DNA from: Candidatus Marinamargulisbacteria bacterium SCGC AG-343-D04
GTDB lineage: Bacteria > Margulisbacteria > Marinamargulisbacteria > GCA-2716485 > GCA-002719695
Assembly: GCA_003265885.1 (NCBI GenBank)
Contig: QFBQ01000001.1
Location: 4,215-68,214, forward strand
DNA: 64,000 nucleotides
Direction: 5' to 3'
The translations under genes were made by a program, and so were the position numbers. The notes below the pieces were generated by a model that had not been told where the DNA came from, did no database searches, and saw only the letters and a list, made by a program, of their open reading frames with translations. Of this stretch, positions 57,286 to 64,000 are shown in pieces; positions within the stretch are counted from its first letter, which is position 1; every line of letters begins with the position of its first letter.

Positions 57286-57903
57286 ATGAAACCGATAAAA
57301 AACATTATTTTTGATATAGGAAATGTATTATTCAAATACGACCCCCATTTTATTACAGAATCACTTCTCCCTAAATCGCCCCATAAAGAATTTTATGTAA
57401 ACGAACTATTTGATTCCCCCATTTGGCAATCCCTTGATAGAGGAGATATACGCCCCATTCAAGCCATTGAAAAAATTAAATCTCTACATTCCATTAGTCC
57501 AGAACAAGAAAAAGATTTACAGTTCTTAATCAGCAATTTTTCATTACATCTTATTCTAAATGAAGATATGAAAAACATCTTCGAAAAAAATAGTACCGAT
57601 TACAACCTGTATATTCTATCCAATTTTCAAGAAGAAAGTTTCCAGCTTCTCGTCCAAAAATATCCTTTCTTAAAAAAAGCAAAAGGGACTGTTATTTCAA
57701 GCAAAATAAACATGAAAAAACCCGAATTAGGTATCTTTCATTATTTACTGACTCAGTACAGTATTATCCCACAAGAATCTATTTTTATTGATGATTTAAA
57801 AGAGAATATCACATCAGCTGAACAACTTCTCATTAAAGGTATCCATTTTATTTCAGCCGAACAAACAAAGAAACATCTCTCTAAATTTAACATTAACGTA
57901 TAA
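57286..57903 (+). CDS. HAD-superfamily hydrolase (subfamily IA-like)
   Basis: Motif I variant IIFDIGNVL, motif II LSN, and motif IV-like FIDDL. Confidence 0.6.
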   Translation: MKPIKNIIFDIGNVLFKYDPHFITESLLPKSPHKEFYVNELFDSPIWQSLDRGDIRPIQAIEKIKSLHSISPEQEKDLQFLISNFSLHLILNEDMKNIFEKNSTDYNLYILSNFQEESFQLLVQKYPFLKKAKGTVISSKINMKKPELGIFHYLLTQYSIIPQESIFIDDLKENITSAEQLLIKGIHFISAEQTKKHLSKFNINV

Positions 57904-57915
57904 CAAAAAATCATC

Positions 57916-59499
57916 ATGAAAACATTAGAAGAACATATTGAGTCTAGACGTACATTCGGAATAATATCACATCCAGACGCGGGGAAAACAACATTAACTG
58001 AAAAGTTACTATTATTTGGAGGGGCTATCCATATAGCAGGTGCCATCAAAGCTAAAAAAGCCTCTCGCCACACAACATCAGATTTTATGGAAATTGAAAA
58101 GCAGCGTGGGATATCCGTCGCAACATCTGTCATGGGATTTAACTATAAAGATATCAAAATTAATCTTCTAGATACACCCGGTCATAAAGATTTTTCTGAA
58201 GATACCTACAGAACTCTTACTGCCGTTGACAGCAGTATTATGGTCATCGATTCTACCAAAGGCGTAGAAACTCAAACTTACAAACTAATGGAAGTCTGTC
58301 GAATGAGGAATACACCTATCATTACATTTATTAATAAATGCGATCGTGAAGGGAAATCTCCCATTGAATTACTTGATGAGATTGAAGAAAAACTTCAGCT
58401 ACAAGTATGCCCCTTTTCATGGCCCATAGGCACCGGAAGCCAATTTAAAGGAGTTTATAATTTTCAAGAAAAATCTATTCTCCTGTTTAATCCTCACAAA
58501 ACAGAAAAAGATAGCTCCGCCTCACTCATTAAAAACCCTTCAAAAGAAAAACTAATATCCCTATTGGGAGAATCTGATACAGAACAATTACTTGAAGACA
58601 TTGAACTCATTACTGAAATGTATCCCCCTCTAAATAAAGAAGATTACTTAAATGCCACCACAACTCCCTTATTTTTTGGTAGTGCTTTAAATAATTTTGG
58701 AGTAAAAGAACTCCTTGAAGGCTTTCTTGCCCTTTCCCCCACTCCAAAAGAAAGGGAAACAAAAAGCAGGAACATAAAACCTTCTGAAAAAACATTTTCA
58801 GGTTTCATTTTTAAAATTCATGCCAATATGGATCCCAAACACCGAGATAGAATCGCATTTTTAAGAATTTGTTCTGGCACCTTTGAAAGAGGAAAAAAGT
58901 ATCATCATGTCCGTCTAAACAAAGGATTGAAATTTAGTAACCCAACAGCTTTTATGGCACAAGAAAAGTCCATTGTGGATACAGCTTACCCAGGAGACAT
59001 CATAGGGCTTCATGATACAGGAAATCTTCGAATTGGAGATACTTTAACAGAAGGAGAATGTATATCCTTTATAGGCATCCCTCATTTTTCCCCAGAAATA
59101 TTCAATTTCATCATAAACTTAGACCCTCTTAAATCAAAACAATTAAACAAAGGCCTAGAACATCTGTGTGAAGAAGGCGTTGCTCAATTATTTACACGAT
59201 CCAGCGATTCTAAAAAAATCATTGGTGTCGTAGGGAGTCTACAATTTGAAGTCATCGAATATCGATTAAAAAATGAATACAACGCTAGTTGTCGTTTTGA
59301 AAACTTAAACTTTTCAAAAGCTGTATGGGTTCAATCAAAATCACCCACTGACCTTGACACTTTTATTAAAAAAAATCCAAACAATATCGCCTATGACCAA
59401 AAAGAAAACCCGGTCTATTTAGCTGAAACACAATGGGGATTAGACAGAGAAATAAAAGAAAATCCAGACATCAACTTTAAATTTTCGAATCATATATGA
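57916..59499 (+). CDS. prfC: Peptide chain release factor 3 (GTPase)
   Basis: RRTFGIISHPDAGKTTLTEKLL, DTPGHKDF and NKCDR G-motifs. The length is typical of RF3. Confidence 0.9.
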   Translation: MKTLEEHIESRRTFGIISHPDAGKTTLTEKLLLFGGAIHIAGAIKAKKASRHTTSDFMEIEKQRGISVATSVMGFNYKDIKINLLDTPGHKDFSEDTYRTLTAVDSSIMVIDSTKGVETQTYKLMEVCRMRNTPIITFINKCDREGKSPIELLDEIEEKLQLQVCPFSWPIGTGSQFKGVYNFQEKSILLFNPHKTEKDSSASLIKNPSKEKLISLLGESDTEQLLEDIELITEMYPPLNKEDYLNATTTPLFFGSALNNFGVKELLEGFLALSPTPKERETKSRNIKPSEKTFSGFIFKIHANMDPKHRDRIAFLRICSGTFERGKKYHHVRLNKGLKFSNPTAFMAQEKSIVDTAYPGDIIGLHDTGNLRIGDTLTEGECISFIGIPHFSPEIFNFIINLDPLKSKQLNKGLEHLCEEGVAQLFTRSSDSKKIIGVVGSLQFEVIEYRLKNEYNASCRFENLNFSKAVWVQSKSPTDLDTFIKKNPNNIAYDQKENPVYLAETQWGLDREIKENPDINFKFSNHI

Positions 59500-59544
59500 T
59501 ATAATTTAGATACTGTAAACGATTAAATATATAAACTAATTACG

Positions 59545-60465
59545 ATGAAAACTAAAACAATCCACAACGAACTTCCTGATATTGCACAAGCGTCTTCTTC
59601 ATCTATTCAAAAAGACATTGATTATGTAGGAATGACACAGATCAACGTCCCTATTACCTATGGTGATAATCACAAAACCCAATCTGCCGTAGCAAGCTGC
59701 AACATCTTTCTTAATTTAAAAGATCCTACTATTAAAGGGATTCACATGTCTCGATTATACACTACTCTAAACTCATTTTGTGAACAGGAAACTCTTTCTT
59801 TTCAGTCGTTATCCACCTTATTAGACCGTTGCATAGAATCACATAAAGGCATATCTGACAGTGCAAAAATACAGATATCCTTCGACCATATTAAAAAAAA
59901 TAGTTCTTTAAAATCAGAATTAAGTGGATATAAAATATATCCCATTACATTAAGTTATGAAAAAACCCCTTATTCAACACATGCTACTCTAGCTTATACC
60001 CTTACATACTCTAGCACCTGCCCATGCTCCGCAGCCTTATCACGTCAAGCTATTCAAGAAAAATTCCAAGAAGATTTCACTGCCAGCTCAGAATTTTCCA
60101 AAGATGACATCGTCAGCTGGCTTGGAAAAGAAGAAAGCATATGTGCAACGCCCCATAGTCAGCGCAGTAACGCGACACTAACCTTCAGTGTCAATCCGTC
60201 TTCACAACTCACTATCACAGATTTTATTACAGGAGCCGAAGAGACTCTACAAACATCCGTTCAAACAACTGTAAAACGCATCGACGAAAAAGAATTTGCC
60301 ATAAAAAATGCTGCAAACCTAATGTTCTGTGAAGATGCCGTCAGAAGACTAGACAAATGGGCCGAAAGCATCAACAACATCTCTGAATATAGTATAGAAG
60401 TCAATCATTACGAAAGCCTTCACCCTCATAATGCAACAGCAAAAGTATCTCGGAAAAAATTATAA
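59545..60465 (+). CDS. folE2: GTP cyclohydrolase FolE2 (type IB, DUF198 family)
   Basis: VGMTQINVPI and SSTCPCS motifs are characteristic of FolE2/MptA. About 300 aa. Confidence 0.7.
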   Translation: MKTKTIHNELPDIAQASSSSIQKDIDYVGMTQINVPITYGDNHKTQSAVASCNIFLNLKDPTIKGIHMSRLYTTLNSFCEQETLSFQSLSTLLDRCIESHKGISDSAKIQISFDHIKKNSSLKSELSGYKIYPITLSYEKTPYSTHATLAYTLTYSSTCPCSAALSRQAIQEKFQEDFTASSEFSKDDIVSWLGKEESICATPHSQRSNATLTFSVNPSSQLTITDFITGAEETLQTSVQTTVKRIDEKEFAIKNAANLMFCEDAVRRLDKWAESINNISEYSIEVNHYESLHPHNATAKVSRKKL

Positions 60466-60834
60466 ATCTGCTTTTTCTAAAAGAACTTCAGCAATTTTTG
60501 TATGTACACCTAAATGAGATGATACCCGAATAGAAATATTCAGATACTGTTCAGATATCTCCTTAACCATACGAGGTATATCAGAAGTAGAATGTCTTCC
60601 AGGAGACAACATATAAGGCTGAACTACAATCTCTGTTGCTCCACGCTGAACACATGCATGTATTCCCTCTTCAATAGTAGGTTCCGCTAGCTCCATATGT
60701 GACGCTTCTATAATAAGTTCCGGAGACAAGCCTTCTAAAAGACTGACCACATCAAAAATCATATCATTGGCTTCTTGCCGCTTTGATCCATGATCAACAA
60801 TCAGTAATGCTTTCGTCATCCTTATAATGTACAC
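60460..60834 (-). CDS. cbiX: Small CbiX/SirB-type sirohydrochlorin chelatase
   Basis: ALLIVDHGSKR N-terminal motif and VQPYMLSPGRH motif. The start could be the internal ATG at 60819. Confidence 0.6.
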   Translation of the reverse strand: MYIIRMTKALLIVDHGSKRQEANDMIFDVVSLLEGLSPELIIEASHMELAEPTIEEGIHACVQRGATEIVVQPYMLSPGRHSTSDIPRMVKEISEQYLNISIRVSSHLGVHTKIAEVLLEKADL

Positions 60835-60926
60835 GAGAATTTCTTATTAATAAACATCCAAACTCTACTAATCAATAAAAACACGTTTAGAAAAAGTTCC
60901 GTCTGTGTATTACACTAAGAGTAATA

Positions 60927-62669
60927 ATGTTCCTAAAAAATATAAGTTCAAAACGATTATCTATCTTTGTGATTTTTGTGTTCACATTAATACTATCCTT
61001 TTGGATAGGAAACACCGTTACCCCAGAATACAGAATCGAGGAAATATCCTTAGATGTGCACCAAAAAAATGGGTCATTGTATTATCTTTATAAAGACAAA
61101 GAAACACTCGTAGTATCTCCTGTATCCTATTCGGAATCCACTCTTATTAACGCCAAAAAATCTAATTTCAGCTCTATTCCTGAAACTGATGAGGAAGTCA
61201 TCATCACCTCTATAAATAATATACCCTACTATTCATTAATAAAATTAAAAAAACATTGGTCCATTTGGTCTTTAATCCCCCCCTTAATCACCTTATTATT
61301 ATGTTGGATTACCAGAGAACCCTTAACCTCACTATTAGCCGGCATCCTTTCTGGGGCTCTTATCATGAGACATTATGACATTATCAATGATATTTTAATT
61401 CCTAATTTAATGTCCAAAAATGCAGCAAACATGCTCTTAATTTATCTAGTATTTTTAGGAGGTTTGCTGGGAATATGGTCCAAAACTGGGGCTGCACAAG
61501 CCTTTGCAGAATGGATGACCAGACATTGTGTAAAAGGTCCACGCTCTGCAAAATGTGTCGCATGGTTTTTAGGGATACTGTTTTTTCAAGGAGGAACAAT
61601 GAGTGTCGTGCTAGTGGGAACTACTGTAAGGCCCATTGCAGATAAAGAAAATATAAGCCACGAGGAATTATCCTATATTGTAGATTCAACAGCCTCTCCA
61701 ATAGCCTCTCAACTGGCCTTTAACGCATGGCCAGGTTATGTGCAGGCCTTTATATATGTATCTGGAATATCCTGGCTTGCAACAGAAGCGGATCGAATCA
61801 CCTTCTTTTTCAAAAGTGTTCCGTTTTGTTTTTATGCTATTTTTGCCGTATTGGGAACCTTTTTAGTAGCAATAGAAAAACCATTATTTTTTGGAAAACG
61901 TTTGAAAAAGGCCATGCAGCGTGCCAGAAAAACCGGAGCATTGGATGCTCCAGGGGCAATACCTCTAAGTGCTGTAGAATTATCATCAACACAGGTCCCT
62001 AAAGGGTATTCTGCACATATTATTGAGTTTTTAATGCCAGTAATACTCATTATTGTCATCGCGATAGGCACCTTTATTACCCAAGGAAGTCCAGATATCA
62101 CACTAGCCTTTGGGATTGCATTGTTAAGTTCATTTGTAATGGCCTTAAGCAAAGGAATGAGTTTGGCAGAAATTATGGATGGCAGTATCAATGGCATGAA
62201 AAGTTTGATATTAGGCTTAATGATATTGTTAATGGCGATGACCATTGGGAGTATTACCATGCAAACCGGTGCTGGGATATATTTAACCGAACTTCTAGGT
62301 AACCATATACCCTATTGGATTTTACCTGTACTCCTTCAAATTCTTACTATGATGATGGCCTTTTCAACGGGTACTAGTTGGGGAACCTACGCCATTGTAT
62401 TTCCAATCGCCATGCCTCTAGCGTGGTCTATCGCTCAATTTAGTGGTGTTGCTCATCCAGAATTATTCATGACCTTATGTTTTGCAGCAGTCATGGATGG
62501 ATCAGTATATGGAGATCAGTGTTCTCCAATATCAGACACCACCGTATTGAGTGCCATGTGTACAGGGTGCGACCTTATGGATCATGTCAAAACACAGATT
62601 CCACAAGCGACAGTAGCCGCTATCCTTGCAGGAATTTGTTGGACAATAGTCACTTTATTATTTGTATAA
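60927..62669 (+). CDS. nhaC: NhaC-family Na+/H+ antiporter with ~110-aa N-terminal extension
   Basis: The polytopic core from about aa 110 (WSLIPPLITLLLCWITREP) has NhaC-type motifs. It is preceded by one TM helix and a soluble segment. Confidence 0.7.
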   Translation: MFLKNISSKRLSIFVIFVFTLILSFWIGNTVTPEYRIEEISLDVHQKNGSLYYLYKDKETLVVSPVSYSESTLINAKKSNFSSIPETDEEVIITSINNIPYYSLIKLKKHWSIWSLIPPLITLLLCWITREPLTSLLAGILSGALIMRHYDIINDILIPNLMSKNAANMLLIYLVFLGGLLGIWSKTGAAQAFAEWMTRHCVKGPRSAKCVAWFLGILFFQGGTMSVVLVGTTVRPIADKENISHEELSYIVDSTASPIASQLAFNAWPGYVQAFIYVSGISWLATEADRITFFFKSVPFCFYAIFAVLGTFLVAIEKPLFFGKRLKKAMQRARKTGALDAPGAIPLSAVELSSTQVPKGYSAHIIEFLMPVILIIVIAIGTFITQGSPDITLAFGIALLSSFVMALSKGMSLAEIMDGSINGMKSLILGLMILLMAMTIGSITMQTGAGIYLTELLGNHIPYWILPVLLQILTMMMAFSTGTSWGTYAIVFPIAMPLAWSIAQFSGVAHPELFMTLCFAAVMDGSVYGDQCSPISDTTVLSAMCTGCDLMDHVKTQIPQATVAAILAGICWTIVTLLFV

Positions 62670-62684
62670 TGAACAATGCTTAAA

Positions 62685-63563
62685 TTATGACTTTGTATAG
62701 AATCTAACTGTAGAATATCCTAAATCTATGGACTCTTGGGATTCAATTATAGTCAGCAATCCTTCCCAAAGTTCATGATCAAAAGCTCTTCGTTTCTTTG
62801 GAGAACATAAAAAGCGTAAAGAAAGCTGAACGCCACTTTCTTTAACTGCAACATAAATAGTAGGGTCAATATTTTTAAAATAAACCATATGATGCTTTCT
62901 TGCATGAGTCATACACTGTTTTATATAGGATTCATTAGGATTTGTTTTTTCTAAGAGAAGGTCATAAAATAGTTTTTTTGCCAATCTCCAATCACTTTCA
63001 AATGTAAGAAGCACATTAATCTCATTCCATATGAAAGGAAAAACAGCATGATAATTCACTAAATTTCCTGTCAAAAAAGTAGCCGTTGGAATATGTAAAA
63101 TTCTACCTGTACTTTGATCGGCATCTACCCATTCACCTATTTCAAGTAAAGAAATTTTAAATAAGCCAATATCGATAACATCCCCTTTACTCCCCCCAAT
63201 TTCAATACGATCCCCTACTACAAAAGGGCGTTTCACCATAATATAGCACCAAGAACCAATATCCATAATATAATCTTTTAAGGCTATGGCTAAACCAGCC
63301 GAAGCCAAGCCTAAAAATGTAGCCAAAGATTGAACGCCTTGAAACCAAATGCGAGATATAGAAAAAAAACCTAAAAAGAAAATAATATAATTACTTGTTT
63401 TCCTAACCAAATAAGACATTTTGATATCATCAAGATTACGCTCTGCAAAATAAGAAATTATTCTATTAATAGAAAACAACCCAATTAATATAAGCAAAGA
63501 GAATATCACTTTTCGATCCAAAGACGGTTCAAAAAGAACAAAGTTCTCTAAAACATTTCTCAT
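62685..63563 (-). CDS. Small-conductance mechanosensitive channel (MscS family)
   Basis: Three TM helices followed by the beta-domain signature PFVVGDRIEIGGSKGDVIDIGLFKISLLE. Confidence 0.75.
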   Translation of the reverse strand: MRNVLENFVLFEPSLDRKVIFSLLILIGLFSINRIISYFAERNLDDIKMSYLVRKTSNYIIFFLGFFSISRIWFQGVQSLATFLGLASAGLAIALKDYIMDIGSWCYIMVKRPFVVGDRIEIGGSKGDVIDIGLFKISLLEIGEWVDADQSTGRILHIPTATFLTGNLVNYHAVFPFIWNEINVLLTFESDWRLAKKLFYDLLLEKTNPNESYIKQCMTHARKHHMVYFKNIDPTIYVAVKESGVQLSLRFLCSPKKRRAFDHELWEGLLTIIESQESIDLGYSTVRFYTKS

Positions 63564-63566
63564 CTA

Positions 63567-64000
63567 TTACCCCTTTTTATGCATAGCCTCATCAGAGATA
63601 ATCTGCCGCATACACTCAACCCATAACGGATTATCATTTAAACATGGAATAAGCGTAAAAGACTTTCCTCCATTTTCCAGAAAGATTTCTTTCCCTTCCT
63701 CACCCATCTCCTCTAACGTTTCTAAACAATCCGAAACAAAGGCCGGGCAAATAACCGCTAAGTTTTTAACACCTTTTTTCGCCAATTCTCCGATAGTTTT
63801 ATCGGTAAAGGGCTGTAACCAGGGATCTTTTCCTAAGCGAGATTGAAACGAAATAGAATAAAAAGAGTTTTCAAACTGACAGTCTTTAGCTACTGCATAA
63901 GCTGTTTGTTTTACATGGTGAGAATAGCATAAGGCATTTGCAGAACACGCTCTTTCACAACAGTCTTTACTCTGAAGACAATGAGAAGACGTAGGGTCTG
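63567..64000 (-). CDS. hemH: Ferrochelatase, 3' part (5' end outside window)
   Basis: The reading frame is open to the window edge by a hand check for stop codons. It has FQSRLGKDPWLQPFTDKTI and ICPAFVSDCLETLEE signatures. The listed 63785 start is an internal TTG. Confidence 0.8.
   Translation of the reverse strand, partial: DPTSSHCLQSKDCCERACSANALCYSHHVKQTAYAVAKDCQFENSFYSISFQSRLGKDPWLQPFTDKTIGELAKKGVKNLAVICPAFVSDCLETLEEMGEEGKEIFLENGGKSFTLIPCLNDNPLWVECMRQIISDEAMHKKG

Overview
This is a densely coding, AT-rich bacterial chromosomal segment, roughly one-third G+C by eye. It holds about 66 protein-coding genes, two tRNAs (Thr-UGU, Phe-GAA), one decayed pseudogene and one tandem-repeat array.

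Gene content:
- Housekeeping genes dominate: rarA, topB, an RlmD-like methyltransferase, argS, tilS, pth, der, rbgA, fmt, prfC, mnmA, mnmD, cmoB, hisF, trpC, trpF, cysE, folE2 and hemH.
- Envelope and glycan genes include PBP4, manC, an LpxB-like gene, an ArnT-like GT39, a GT2, an SLH-domain protein and a five-gene sugar-modification cluster at 30.9-35.4 kb.
- There are many channels and transporters: a Kv-type K+ channel, a GluR0-like ligand-gated K+ channel, ClC, MscS, NhaC, BASS/ACR3, AI-2E and YitT.

LPS-type genes together with an SLH protein suggest a diderm bacterium. I cannot assign a taxon without a database search.

I recognise no transposase, integrase, phage, CRISPR-Cas, restriction-modification or toxin-antitoxin genes. 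I cannot point to a convincing new multi-gene system.

The signals most worth follow-up:
1. A 28-bp dif-like Xer site at 6605-6632, next to a gene-orientation switch and to rarA/topB.
2. Three near-identical 91-bp tandem repeats at 51152-51410, closed by an inverted copy of their 25-nt core at 51423-51447.
3. A frameshifted and deleted remnant of a ClC channel gene at about 39248-39520. It mirrors the intact ClC gene at 40890-42251, and the two bracket a D-threonine-aldolase-family gene.
4. Sigma70-like promoters that sit 6-9 nt from the start codons of several operon-leading genes, which implies leaderless mRNAs.
5. Several orphan hypothetical proteins that are proline-rich, Ser/Thr-Pro-rich or highly acidic.

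All functional calls rest on motif recognition by eye in the supplied translations. None has been verified by a search.
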